Source: Stramenopiles sp. TOSAG23-6 (taxonomy: Eukaryota). From it: a DNA stretch of 58,906 nt. The notes below the pieces were generated by a model. It was not told where the DNA came from. It made no database searches and saw only the letters and a list, made by a program, of their open reading frames with translations. The translations under genes were made by a program, and so were the position numbers. The stretch lies in assembly GCA_900128565.1 (NCBI GenBank), contig LT635917.1:1-58906 (forward strand). The letters run 5' to 3'. Shown here piece after piece: positions 45,224 to 56,973 of this stretch (position 1 is the stretch's first letter; each line of letters starts with the position of its first letter).

Positions 45224-48200
45224 TTATCGCAACTCTTCAACAATGTTAGAACCTTCTTGATTATTTGATCTTTCACTGTCGCTTGATAAACTACTTTGGT
45301 TTCTTTTCTGTGCCCTCATCAACGCTGGGTTCATTTTTTTCTGTGCAGCAATAACAGTTTTCAAAATTGAAGCTTCATTTTCAAGTTTTTCTTCTTCAGT
45401 GGGTTCTCTCTTTTTGGTCCTTTGTCCCGTCCGAGCGTAGTGTAACTGCAATTCTGCTAGCTTTGCAGCATTCTCTTTTGCCAGGTCAGGTAAAGGAAGA
45501 CCTTGGGAATCTGTTCCTCGTGGGGCAAATAAACGATCTAAGTTTTTCCTTATGACATCACAACCTGGCATAGTTTTTATAAAAGTAGCAATGCCATCCT
45601 CGGTCATTCTATGACACTGGCTAATATCACAAGATTTCAGAGCTGGGCAACATTTACTTAAACTGGCTAATGAAACGTCAGTCAGTAAAATGTCCCATGT
45701 AACATTCAAGATTCTGAGGGTGTTAAACGACTCTGAAATATACCCGAGCCCTTTGTCAGTTACATATTTGCAGTGTGAAATGTCCAACTCTTCGATGAAA
45801 AGTTGTTCTGCCAAAACTTTCAGCCCAGCATCTGTTATCTGTGTACAAAATGAGAGGTTAAGTCGATGGACTCTATTCATTCTTTGTGCAATAACGGACA
45901 TTGATGCGTCAGATACCTTTGGGCAACCTGCAAGAGAAATATATTCCAGATTTATCATATTATCAATAAATCCTTCAATTGCCTGGTCTGAAAGCGCGAG
46001 TATATGACCCAAATCAATCTCTACAAGTCCTAGATGTCTTGACTCGCCCTTTTCTTCATCGAGAAAGAAGTTTTTCCAAAGTGAATCCACATCTAAATTA
46101 GTGCAACTATTTAGCTGCAACTTATGGAGACTTTTAGCACGCTTTGCGATACCAAGAATAGCATGGTTTGAAAGTGAAATACAGTCGTTCAAAAAGATGC
46201 TTGATATTCTTCGAAGCATCAATCGCTGAGCTTCAGGTCGACCATCACCGACTTCATCAAACCAGAAACAGTCATCGGTGATATATGGAAGGTTTGTCAA
46301 GTCTAGCCATTCCAATTGCCAACAATTGTGTGTCAAATTCTTTATGGATTTATCAGTCAATTGTGGCAAATGAGCGAGATCTAAAGTTGTAAGGCATGTG
46401 AACGTTTTACTAACAGAGAATATAGCATCATCTCCAATACGACTACAGCCTCGCATCTTCAACTCTTTTAGTTTACTTCCAAATGGTGCAGTGTCAGCCC
46501 ACGATTTTACTCCTTTAGTAGTTACGTGAACGCACCATGTTAAATCAAGGTATTCAAGTTTGCAACATCCTTTCGCTAAACTTGAAATTGAAACATCTGT
46601 AATAAATTTACAATGTCGGATATCTAGTTCACGTAAATCATCACAATGTTTTGTGATTTCACACAATCCCAAATCACTTACGCGAATGCAACCAGCAATA
46701 TTAAGACGTCGAAGCCTACCACAAGACTCGCCAAGACACTGCATCGCATCATCAGTAATTGTTCTACAATTTTCGATGTCTAACTTTTCAAGAAATTTCA
46801 TTCTTTCTGTCATACTGTTGAGAATAGTATCGTTCAAATGCTCGGCGCGATTTAATTTAAGTTGTAAAACATTTCGACAGTTGTAGCAAATGGCAAGTAA
46901 ATCACTTGCTGGTGCGTCTTCAAGATCTTCTAAATCAATGACATCAGTGGGCAGCATTCGCTGTGCACGATCTACAAAAAATACCACAATACGGGGATCA
47001 TGAATTTCATGAAGCCATCCGAGGTGTATATCATTGTAAATGTCAGGTTGTACATGGAGAGCGTACTGATATATTTCTGCAGCACATCTGACATATTTAA
47101 TTGGCATTCCTGGCCTCATTAGACCAAATTTAATGGGAATGTATGCCAACTTTGTAACATTATCTTCAAAAAATGCTGGGTTAATCTCTTTTAGAGCTTC
47201 CCAAATATCCAAACAAATATCTGCAAATGTTGGATCGCCAGTATCCGGAAGACCTTCGAACATTGCTGCTGCTCCTGCTGCGTTCTGACCATTACGAAAC
47301 ATCAACAGGGCGTCTTTTATTCTTGCCCTATACTCGGCTTCACCCCGTTTACGATCAGTGCCGTACCCAAAATGATTACACAATGCAGACGCGTAGGCAA
47401 CAAGTGTATTTCTATCATATGGATTTTCATTAAGCACTCGTTTAAAAGACAACGATGCAAGATAATATAGGCGATCTGACTCAAGACGAAGATCTGATGT
47501 ACCCATGAGGTAGTGCTCGTGAGCATGTTCAGCGGTGAGGCCAATGCGGTAAAATGCAACTTGCTGTACAGTACCAATGAAGTATTTCCCCCCATCGCCA
47601 TCAGAAGAACCAATGCGTAATGGCATTCGAGATCGCTCAATCATTGCTGACTTCATATGTTCTTCATCTACCTGAATTGCCTCCCGTCGCCGATTGCAGC
47701 TATTTTGAATATCCTTCATAAAACTATTTTGCCTCTCCCTTATTAAACCTTGTCGAACTATATCTTCTGCTTGCCTCTTAGTAATTCGAATGATTCCCTC
47801 TTCTTTTAATTCTGCATCAGTCTTTTTTGATAAACTAATCTTCAGAGTTGTCTCTTGATAGAGTTTCATGGCTGTTTTTAGCATTTCACGCTTTGCTTCC
47901 GGGTTTTTCAATTCTTCTGCAATAACTTTTCGAGCACGTGCCTCGCATTTTATTGATTCTGTGTTTTCTTCATCTTTAATTCGGATTAATTCTTTCGCAC
48001 GAAATTTCGTATGAGCTTCTTTCGCTTCTTTTACGGATCTTGTGACATCCAGAAAAGCAACAAGATGACCATTAATGTACATTCGGCATTGACCACCATC
48101 GTATGTACACACAATATGATACCAAGTATTATATTCAAATGGTTTCGGTGATTTGACTCGTAAATTTACCATTTCCAGAGGCATGTATACAAGAAAAATC

Positions 48201-51200
48201 CAGTAATTAGCTTTACTTGCCTGTAATAAGAATCTTCCATTTTCAATTAAAACCTTTTCTTTCTGAGGTGCACCTGTTACTTTTGTCCAGCACTCAATAG
48301 AAAAGTGAACTTTTGGCTGCATAGGGCATAACAGGTCACTCGCCGTGAAATCAACGTGTGCTCTTGCACCTTCTACGAACGCAATGCCTTTTGAACATAA
48401 TGCATCTTCGGCCGAATCATTTTTTACAAATCCATCCGCACGGAAACGAACTGCACGAGAGTAACGGCCATTTAATTTTTCTCCTGCGGAGCCTAAATTC
48501 TTTGCATGTTTACTATTGACTAAATCATCCAGTGGCCAGTATCCTACAGGAGGATCAGAACCATCTTTCGGTGTAAGTATACGGGCACGATATGTTGTAT
48601 TTCCTGCCATTTTTGCATCTGCGGCTAATACTGAACCTTTTGAATAATGCCGAAGTTGTTCTACACTGAGGCGAATTCGAGCAGATACATTATGTATATC
48701 GGGCACTTCAAATCTAAAACAAACGGGCTGTAATTCAAATCGCTCCTTTGTAGGTGCAGTTACTTCAATCTTCAACATCTCACATAATCGCGACAGTGTA
48801 GGTACTAGATAATTTTCTGTCATTATTGTATGTAATCTCCAACGTTCAATACCACTTAATGCAAATCGACCAAATCGTTCTTCAATTGCTAACATCACAT
48901 CTTCAAGCCAGAATTTACCGTATCCAGGTGCAGCACCAGTCATTAAATTGAAAATATGACATGCAACTTCTGCAAAAGCAGATTCTGAAAATAATTGCTG
49001 GATTCTAGCAGACTCACGGGCTTGGACACGAATTATTCCTTTTAACGCACGAGCAGCCATTTCAACAAGTAGAGATGAACGTACGGCATGACTATTTGCT
49101 TCATTCTTAACCTCACCAGCATACACCTCTATATCGCCCTCTGGTTCATCGTTCACTGGCGGATGCACAGGAATTTGGATATTATCCCATTCACCATCGG
49201 CCCTTACTTTATAATAGGACGACCCGATACGAAGTTGGCTCCCTCGGCGAATTTCTAATCGCCAATCTTTATTACAGAGTATATGTTTCTTTCCGAATTC
49301 AAGCCCAGCAGTTCCGTCAAGTTTGCGCCAGAAGCGTGACCGAATTTCACCAAGTAACCTCATATTCATCCCTCGAGTATGCATCTCACCAGACCAAAAA
49401 ATAGCTTCTATTTCGCTCGCAGATCGATTTGACACCTCCTCTGCAAAATCAGTTACAATCTCATGTATAAGTTGATGTGTCGCGGCAGTGCATTCTGCAC
49501 CATCTTTAACAGCTTGAATGCGATCACCATTATGTGCAACCAAATTAAATGCATCTGAGCTGAGTGGTTTATCTAACGCGTGCAAAAGCTCCGGCCTGAA
49601 ATGACGCCAAAATATCGACTGACCTCGAGCTGATGAAGATTGACCTAGTCTTTTGGAAAGTACATCAAAATCAATGGGAGGAAAGGTTCTACTTGGGTTA
49701 AGAATATAGAACTTACCATCAGTCCCCACATAACAACGAGTATCAAATGCAGTAAATGCATCGCATGCCATCATATCATCTCGACCCTTAACTCTGTGTT
49801 CTTTTATATTTAAACGTGCAGCAGCTTGCTTCAAGTATGATTGAGCATCTTGGTTCTTCATTGTAACATGAAATCCTCTGTCTATTGAGCCAAATACAAG
49901 TTTTTCTTGTAAACCCAGAAGCTTGCCTTTTTTATCGCGTTCTTCGTGTACAATTGGAAGTATCGCTGTACAAAGAACACGGAAACCAAGAAAATCTACG
50001 ACACACTGTAAAGGCACTCGAAGTTTAGGAATATTGCATCGATAATACGCCATTGTAGCTCTTAATTCAGCACCCCCCATCTTCATCGCTGCTTGGTCAT
50101 TTCCATTGTAAACGCCATGATAGTCTAATAATACTTTGAAGCGGATTCCATGGAAAGCAAATTTTTCTCTTACAAATCTACCCCCATCGCCTTTCTTAAC
50201 TGCAAATGGTTTGGCTAATTTTTCTGAGCGGGGCATGAAGAATTCTTTCACTATTTTTTTGGCATGTGTTTCTGCAGTATCAACAAAAAGGTCAATGACA
50301 AGATGCATTTCTTTATACTTTTCATATTTTTGCGCTGGTGTTCTTTCTGGCATTTCCGAAGCATGATAAAATCTCTCAACCCAATTAGTCCGATCATCGG
50401 GAGATACTTGCATCATTTGTAGAGCAGCATTAGCATCATCACCAACAGCTTCTTGCACACGAACTATTTTACTAATTCGCTCTTTTTCGCGCTTCGCTTC
50501 TTTTAGTTTAAGTTCAGCTTCCTCTACAGCAGCCATTCTTCTTTTAACCTTTTGAGAAAGGTGTTCTAATTTATCCCGCATTTTCTTTTTATTCGCTTCA
50601 AGGATTTGCATTGCACGCTCTGGGTCTTCCTGGCTTTGAGCCATCAAAATGGCTCTTTCTGCAGCTTCTTTTTGCACACGCAATGCTTGCCCTGCACGAT
50701 ATTCAACCATTGCTTTCAACGTCGCATCTCTTTTCCGTTGTAACGACAAAGCTCTATTTGTCATTTTACCGTATTCAAGATCAGTGTGTAATATTCGTTT
50801 CAAAGATTTTGCAAAAGCAACTGCCCATTCCTCTCGAAAATTAAAGTTATTTACATAATGCTCAGCAATCTGTGGGAGAGGCCAGAACCTAAATTTCTGT
50901 AGTAAAATACGCTTACTTGGACACTCTAAAAGCAAATTTCGAGCTTTGTGCTCAGTAACGAATTTGTGCATCCAGCGCATCCTTTCATACAATTGAGTAT
51001 AGCTAGGATCAGGTCTCGCCATTTCTAGTCTCAATAAAAACTCAGATGACTCTTCCCCCCCTCTAAATAGTTCTGCAGCTTCAGGTAATGCTTCTTGCGC
51101 TCTGACAAGAGCTCGTTTGCGTTCTGTATCAGGTAGGTTGGGAGGCGGACGTACTTTATTTCCAATCATCGTTCTGAATGCATTGACTGCATTATCTGAA

Positions 51201-53845
51201 AGCCCTTTCATTCTAGCCATATCATCAAATCTACGTTCTACCTTTTCCCACATGACAGCTATTTGTTCAGCCATCATAAGTTGTATAATGTCATCACGTG
51301 TTGGTTTCTTACCTTTGTCGCTGAGAGATTGTTTCATTTGTCGCATGCGGACCTTTGCATTCCATTTAACTTTTCTCTGACCGACCATATTTTCTTTTTT
51401 TTCAAATTCTACACGTACTCGTTCAGCTGCACCCTGCTTGGCTCGTTTAAGAGCTTTGAGGAGCGCAGCACGTTCTTTAGTGACAATAGTACCATGTCGC
51501 CCTTGTCGTCCCCTAAATAAAGTTTGTATTTTTTCTGAAGCTTTCATTAAGATTAAATTATCATGAACTTCAGCGTTTTCATACCACCCGTGTTTCAATG
51601 CAACTGTCTTTCCACCACCACCTGTATTCCGTGGCATCATATCAGCATAATTTGGTTTGAGAGGATCGGACCTACCCATTAGAAGCGCACGCTTATGTAT
51701 CCTCGATTTATTAGCATTTCCCAAGAGGGGTCTAAATTTAGTTGCATCTTTATTCATACTGTTGATAAAATTCGACATAGTGATCATTCCTGCTTGTACT
51801 TGTTCTATACACGACATGTGCAACAATTGGAATTCGCTCATATGGGTGTATCTGTGTGGCAATCCAAGTAATTCGGAAAAGAACATAGAGCTATGTATTA
51901 GTTCAAGACACCATTCACGAAATCTATGCTGACTGAGAAAATTCGTACCACCACTATCATATTTAAATGCTCGAGCTACAAGCCCTTGTAGTTCTGAGTT
52001 GGTAGCCCTTCGTGATGGTTCCACATTTGCAAGACTTTCAATACCACGTGTAGCTCGTACTAATAAATTAAGTAGATCTTCCTTTGTCATCTTTTCATCA
52101 CCTACTTCATGAGATGTTTTGAAGTGCCAATATGCCCAATCCATTTTTTCTCGAAGAGATGATGGTAAATACATATTATTCGAATTTTTACCACAAAAGA
52201 AAACAACAAGAAGAAAGATATCTCGCAAATCTGCACCTGGAGCTCCGAGTTCATTGGCAGCATCAGGTGTAAGTTCTAACACAGCTTCAAATAAAACTGA
52301 AAATTTCGCTTCGCGAACACGCAATCTTTCTGCAAATGCTTGCTTATCACGAAGATATTTCAACTTCTCTTCGCTTTCATCGAATACTTTCTTTGCAGCA
52401 TCAACTTCACCTTGAAGCATGATGATAATCCCGCGTGAAATAGTATCATCACCTTCAGTTTTTTCTTTCAAGTCTTCTTGTTTTTCTTTCCATTTCTTTT
52501 TATTTTGATTCCAACGTCTTCCCATCAGTCCAATTTGTTCCTGATATCGATTATATAGTACAAGACCACGTGGCATTTCCATTAGAAGAGACTCTTGTCT
52601 CAAAGCAGTGTGGTACGTTTGTCGAAGACTCTTTTCTTTACTATTTGCTTTCATATCATTTTCCCGTGCTTTCTTCAAGCTTAATGCATCTTCCTTCTTT
52701 TCTTTTGCTTTTACCTTGTCTTCTATACCTTGCCATGTTTTCATATATACTTTATACTCATCAGGGTCCAGTGCCTTTTCATTCGTGCGCCTTTCTTTTT
52801 CTCGTTTTAAGCTTGCTTTTTCTCGTCGCTCTTTTCGCGATTCTTGTGCATCTTTACGTCGTTTTTGTTCCTTTTCTATGGATACTAGATGCTCTTGAAG
52901 CTCATTGTCATTGATAGAGAAATCCTGTGGATCATAGGCATCTTCCTCCAAAACAGATTTCTCCGATTTTGAGAGTATTTCAGATTCTAAATCACTTGCA
53001 AGTCTCGAGCTAAAACCAATAAAAATGGGGCTCATAATTTTGACGTCGAAAGCTTTTTTCAAAAGTTTTTTTCGAGCATATTCTATTATTATTTCGTCTT
53101 CATCAGTCCAATCTTCATCATCATCCTCATCGTCGGATATAAAAGCATCAACGTCCATGTCCTCACCATCATTAAAAGCATCTTCGTCATCCTCATTATC
53201 ATCATTTTTTAAAAGAAGTTTCCTTGATCTAGGTCGAGTTTTTTTTGATCTTTTTTTACGTTTTTTTCGTTTTCTATTATTTTCAGCGTTTTCTTGCTTT
53301 TTGCGAAATTCCCTTTCACGTTCCAATTTAGTTTTCTTTCTTCTTGGTTTTGAGTTTCCCTCTTTTTTCTTAACACGACGCTCTAGAAGGAGATCTTCAT
53401 CGCTAGTATCGTCTTGTATGCTCGACGACATATTCTTTTTCTTTTTCTTTGGGAAAAATATTTGATGCTGTTTTTCATTTGAAGCATCATCATCTGATTC
53501 TATATCTATCTGTGGAAAGTTTCTTAAATAATGCTCTTCTTTATTAAAATGTCCTATTTCCATGGCATATTCCTTTACAGCTGGATGCCAGACACTTCGA
53601 GTTTTTGCCCTTTGATCGGAGTCTATTTTGCGAGATATATTCTCAATTACCTTGAAAAATTCAGACCAATATACCCTCCAAGATCCATCTTGAAACCCTT
53701 TGAACATTTTGATAGCCTCAGTAGCATCATGGGCACTCCAGCGTTGAAATATTTTATCTAGATCATTCTCACGGATTGCATCCACAACTTCTGGCGCGAG
53801 GCGAACACCAGTAAGAGAGAAACCACAACCAAGTGAGGCTCCCAT
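45224..53845 (-). CDS. Giant single-exon protein: EF-hand-like/IQ + Clu domain + LamG/ConA-like domain + cysteine-containing LRRs
   Basis: Clu-like VPLQCVVDFLGFRV, GTDGKFYILNPSRTFPP, EMHTRGMNMRLLG, LVEMAARALK; LamG-like FSIECW..WYHIVCTYDG..MYING; many LxxLDLxxCxxITD repeats; MGASLGC N-terminus. Confidence 0.8.
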   Translation of the reverse strand: MGASLGCGFSLTGVRLAPEVVDAIRENDLDKIFQRWSAHDATEAIKMFKGFQDGSWRVYWSEFFKVIENISRKIDSDQRAKTRSVWHPAVKEYAMEIGHFNKEEHYLRNFPQIDIESDDDASNEKQHQIFFPKKKKKNMSSSIQDDTSDEDLLLERRVKKKEGNSKPRRKKTKLEREREFRKKQENAENNRKRKKRKKRSKKTRPRSRKLLLKNDDNEDDEDAFNDGEDMDVDAFISDDEDDDEDWTDEDEIIIEYARKKLLKKAFDVKIMSPIFIGFSSRLASDLESEILSKSEKSVLEEDAYDPQDFSINDNELQEHLVSIEKEQKRRKDAQESRKERREKASLKREKERRTNEKALDPDEYKVYMKTWQGIEDKVKAKEKKEDALSLKKARENDMKANSKEKSLRQTYHTALRQESLLMEMPRGLVLYNRYQEQIGLMGRRWNQNKKKWKEKQEDLKEKTEGDDTISRGIIIMLQGEVDAAKKVFDESEEKLKYLRDKQAFAERLRVREAKFSVLFEAVLELTPDAANELGAPGADLRDIFLLVVFFCGKNSNNMYLPSSLREKMDWAYWHFKTSHEVGDEKMTKEDLLNLLVRATRGIESLANVEPSRRATNSELQGLVARAFKYDSGGTNFLSQHRFREWCLELIHSSMFFSELLGLPHRYTHMSEFQLLHMSCIEQVQAGMITMSNFINSMNKDATKFRPLLGNANKSRIHKRALLMGRSDPLKPNYADMMPRNTGGGGKTVALKHGWYENAEVHDNLILMKASEKIQTLFRGRQGRHGTIVTKERAALLKALKRAKQGAAERVRVEFEKKENMVGQRKVKWNAKVRMRQMKQSLSDKGKKPTRDDIIQLMMAEQIAVMWEKVERRFDDMARMKGLSDNAVNAFRTMIGNKVRPPPNLPDTERKRALVRAQEALPEAAELFRGGEESSEFLLRLEMARPDPSYTQLYERMRWMHKFVTEHKARNLLLECPSKRILLQKFRFWPLPQIAEHYVNNFNFREEWAVAFAKSLKRILHTDLEYGKMTNRALSLQRKRDATLKAMVEYRAGQALRVQKEAAERAILMAQSQEDPERAMQILEANKKKMRDKLEHLSQKVKRRMAAVEEAELKLKEAKREKERISKIVRVQEAVGDDANAALQMMQVSPDDRTNWVERFYHASEMPERTPAQKYEKYKEMHLVIDLFVDTAETHAKKIVKEFFMPRSEKLAKPFAVKKGDGGRFVREKFAFHGIRFKVLLDYHGVYNGNDQAAMKMGGAELRATMAYYRCNIPKLRVPLQCVVDFLGFRVLCTAILPIVHEERDKKGKLLGLQEKLVFGSIDRGFHVTMKNQDAQSYLKQAAARLNIKEHRVKGRDDMMACDAFTAFDTRCYVGTDGKFYILNPSRTFPPIDFDVLSKRLGQSSSARGQSIFWRHFRPELLHALDKPLSSDAFNLVAHNGDRIQAVKDGAECTAATHQLIHEIVTDFAEEVSNRSASEIEAIFWSGEMHTRGMNMRLLGEIRSRFWRKLDGTAGLEFGKKHILCNKDWRLEIRRGSQLRIGSSYYKVRADGEWDNIQIPVHPPVNDEPEGDIEVYAGEVKNEANSHAVRSSLLVEMAARALKGIIRVQARESARIQQLFSESAFAEVACHIFNLMTGAAPGYGKFWLEDVMLAIEERFGRFALSGIERWRLHTIMTENYLVPTLSRLCEMLKIEVTAPTKERFELQPVCFRFEVPDIHNVSARIRLSVEQLRHYSKGSVLAADAKMAGNTTYRARILTPKDGSDPPVGYWPLDDLVNSKHAKNLGSAGEKLNGRYSRAVRFRADGFVKNDSAEDALCSKGIAFVEGARAHVDFTASDLLCPMQPKVHFSIECWTKVTGAPQKEKVLIENGRFLLQASKANYWIFLVYMPLEMVNLRVKSPKPFEYNTWYHIVCTYDGGQCRMYINGHLVAFLDVTRSVKEAKEAHTKFRAKELIRIKDEENTESIKCEARARKVIAEELKNPEAKREMLKTAMKLYQETTLKISLSKKTDAELKEEGIIRITKRQAEDIVRQGLIRERQNSFMKDIQNSCNRRREAIQVDEEHMKSAMIERSRMPLRIGSSDGDGGKYFIGTVQQVAFYRIGLTAEHAHEHYLMGTSDLRLESDRLYYLASLSFKRVLNENPYDRNTLVAYASALCNHFGYGTDRKRGEAEYRARIKDALLMFRNGQNAAGAAAMFEGLPDTGDPTFADICLDIWEALKEINPAFFEDNVTKLAYIPIKFGLMRPGMPIKYVRCAAEIYQYALHVQPDIYNDIHLGWLHEIHDPRIVVFFVDRAQRMLPTDVIDLEDLEDAPASDLLAICYNCRNVLQLKLNRAEHLNDTILNSMTERMKFLEKLDIENCRTITDDAMQCLGESCGRLRRLNIAGCIRVSDLGLCEITKHCDDLRELDIRHCKFITDVSISSLAKGCCKLEYLDLTWCVHVTTKGVKSWADTAPFGSKLKELKMRGCSRIGDDAIFSVSKTFTCLTTLDLAHLPQLTDKSIKNLTHNCWQLEWLDLTNLPYITDDCFWFDEVGDGRPEAQRLMLRRISSIFLNDCISLSNHAILGIAKRAKSLHKLQLNSCTNLDVDSLWKNFFLDEEKGESRHLGLVEIDLGHILALSDQAIEGFIDNMINLEYISLAGCPKVSDASMSVIAQRMNRVHRLNLSFCTQITDAGLKVLAEQLFIEELDISHCKYVTDKGLGYISESFNTLRILNVTWDILLTDVSLASLSKCCPALKSCDISQCHRMTEDGIATFIKTMPGCDVIRKNLDRLFAPRGTDSQGLPLPDLAKENAAKLAELQLHYARTGQRTKKREPTEEEKLENEASILKTVIAAQKKMNPALMRAQKRNQSSLSSDSERSNNQEGSNIVEELR

Positions 53846-54157
53846 GAATTACTGAGTTTAGCCAGAAAATTCGTCTAAATAATTAGTTGTACCAGAATTA
53901 TCCATTCTATCATGAAAGTAACATTGTAAGGAGAAGTTTTTCGAAAGACCTTGAATTTGGTGATACTAGTATGCAAATAAGAGAGATTGCTTCGGTTACG
54001 ATCTGATCTGAGTCAACAGTTACATTTTTCTAGCTAAATTCGAAATTCGCGACCGTTGGAAAAATTTGAAGAAGATACTCAACAAATAAAACAAACAACA
54101 AACAACAACAACACATTGATATAAGATCTCAGATCTAGCTATAATCTACTTCCAGGG

Positions 54158-56973
54158 ATGCTGCCTGGCACCCCAAGGGAATTACGGATTGCCATTTCAA
54201 ATGCAAAAAATAAATTGAGTGAATTACAAACAAATTTGCCGGATAGATTAAAAGAGCTTAAACATTTAAAGAATGAGTTATCCAAGGAGCAACTACAAAC
54301 TGAAGACTTGTGTGAAGACTTCTTGGATAAAACACTTGAAGCAAAGTCAAAATCAGCAGAGAAGGCTAAAGTAAATCGCGTAACATGGGATTGTCCTCGT
54401 AGAAGAATGAAAAATCGTTGGATTGGCACAGATCCTCATCCAAAAAGTGTTGATGCAATTGTAAAGAAAAAAACTGAGGAGACTATAAAAATAATAGAAA
54501 GACTCCGCTCAGAGCTATCCTTTTCACTATCGCGTGAGAAGGGAGTCACTTTACGAACGATCAAAATGATGGAACAAATTCGTGCTAGTATTAATTTGCA
54601 TAATATTACTAGAAGAAGTACTTTATTGACTCAAAGATTAGCTGACCTTTCTCAGAAAAAGGAGAACGATGATAAAAATGTAGAATTATCTAAAGCCAGT
54701 TCTTCAGACTATCATATCGAGACGTTAAAAGATAGAAAATATGAAAACCATTGTGAAATATTATTAAGGTATACTGAAATGCTGGACGATCCTATTTTCA
54801 TTGTGTTGTCAAGATTTGACGAAATAAATGATGAATGGGAAGAAATAGGACGAAGTGAGGTGTCTTCACAAGTTGACGGCACATCTCCGAGCTTTCTAAG
54901 AACAACTGTAATACCGACTGATGGTCGATCATACCCAATTAATATTAGTTTATATAGCATACAAATGGATGATAGGATTGCCATTAAGTTCGTAGGTTCT
55001 ACAGAAACCTCTCTTGCTGAGCTTGTGGATGATAATGGTCGTATGTTTTCATCATAATTGTTTTTACCTAAATGTTTTTTTCGTACGAAATTTTATACCT
55101 AACGATTTTTTTTTCAAATATTTTTTAGCATCGCATATGAACTGCATTTGTTTATTTATAAAAGAATTGGTGTCGAAGATTCGAAATCTGGAATCCTTTC
55201 ATTGCGTCTTTTACCAAACATGTTTAAAAAAATAAAGCATTACGACTTTGTTGGAACTCATCGAGAATGTACGTTTTATTTTTTTTTTCAATTTCGATTT
55301 TTTTTTCGTACGAAATTTTGTACCTAACGATTTTTTTTGAAATATTTTCCCAAAATACATGTGCAACATTTTGTTTATCTATACCAGATGTTGAACAGAT
55401 TACCCCGGGACTTCGTTTAATAGAACAAACTCAAGAATCTCCATTTTCCATCATCGTACCATTCCAACTTCTCGCAATATTTATCGAAAGGATAAAGAAA
55501 ATGATTGGATTCTTGAAAAGTTCAAATTTTGAAAATGTAACAACGAAACAGAAAATTCAAATTTCTGTAACTTTGAAACATCAATCAAATTTATTACAAG
55601 AATATCAAAATTATCTAAATGAATTAAGCGAATATAAACAACCTTTTCTTAAAACTGTTGATTATATACAAAACAAAACAGCACTGCGATTTGTTCCAAC
55701 AAATTGTCATTTAAATTCTATGCTACTTATTAATGGTAGTAACACAGAAACTATTTGCACTGTCACAGCTGGATTTCCTGCTGCTCATTCAGTAGGATTT
55801 CGTACAGGAGGTCTCCTTTCCCTCTGGGAGAAATTTCATGAAGCATCAGAAAAGTATAAAGATAAAGATGTCTTCAGTATCGGAAAAGAAGGACCATCGT
55901 ATAAAATAGACAAAGAAGTCTCAATAGCTAATATACATGATCTTGCTACACAAAGCATCAAAATAGCACGGCGTAGGGATGTCGTGTTTTCTCAGGCAAT
56001 GTCCATATTGATTTCAAGTTTTCAAGCACAGCTACGAGTGATGTCAGAAAAATCAGATTCATCGTATGCACGGTGGTGGAAGCGGCTGGTAGATGTTGGG
56101 TTTCTCATCCATTTCAGTACTTTTATTGAACTTGATGAAGACAGCAGAGCTCAACTGGAAGACATTGTAGATATAGTAAACTGCCTTCAAAATGTTCACA
56201 TACTTGTAACACAAAAAGAAGCACCAATGAACAGTGGTATTTGTATTCAATGCAAAAAAAAAGATTACGTTATAGAATTTTGGTCACCGGAAATAGATTG
56301 GAGTCGAGTTCCACATAAATATTTAAAAAGTCACCGAATTTCTATATTTCCAGTTCTTACAGCTCTAAATGTACGTATTGATAGGCTTGGCAAACATGTT
56401 GAAGCTTCTATGCTCTTGCAGAAAATTAATGAGACTGCTTTAACAGCATTAAAAGACTATCAAGATCAGATTCTGGAAGCAAATATTGGTGTAGCGGTTG
56501 CTGCTATGTTGCAGCCTAACTCGCATGGTATTGTGGAAGATGAAAAGTCAAGGAATGAAAAGGTACAATTATTAATTACGGAAATGAAAAATATACCAAA
56601 GCAGCCAGTACATAATTCCAAACAGACGTTTCGAGATTCTAGTGAATTACACGACGATGTTGTCGACTCTCTAATATTATTTCAAAATATAGCAATTCAA
56701 AGTGATTCAGGTCATGTGATTCTATGTGTAGATGGCATTGACATTTCTCACATGGTATTAACATTAGAGAATGCAGTATTTTTAGTTGAAAAGTATGGAC
56801 TATCACCAGAAGAGTTTAGTAAAATAATGACAGCGATAAGAAGTCGAGGTGTATCTCCTACAATATGCGAAAAAAATAGAAATTTACCTTTTTACAGATT
56901 TAGTCAGGATACCTCAGAGCATTTACCTCCATTTTTACGACCACCGAGAGAATCAATAAAGCAAAGTTCATAA
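54158..56973 (+). CDS. Inositol polyphosphate 4-phosphatase-like protein (C2 + INPP4 domain) with degenerate catalytic motif; exons 54158-55040, 55137-55268, 55361-56973
   Basis: C2-like EIGRSEV..SPSF; INPP4-like FVPTNCHL, GFPAAHSVGFRTGGL, DVVFSQA, VTLE-like LTLE; CVDGIDI in place of CKSAKDR. Confidence 0.75.
55041..55136 (+). other. Family intron, GT-AT, 96 nt
   Basis: C|GTATGTTTTC...TTTTATACCTAAC...AATATTTTTTAGCATCGCAT|AT; the TAG at 55128 is out of frame. Confidence 0.8.
55269..55360 (+). other. Family intron, GT-AT, 92 nt
   Basis: AAT|GTACGTTTT...TTCGTACGAAATTTTGTACCTAAC...CCCAAAATACAT|GT. Confidence 0.85.
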
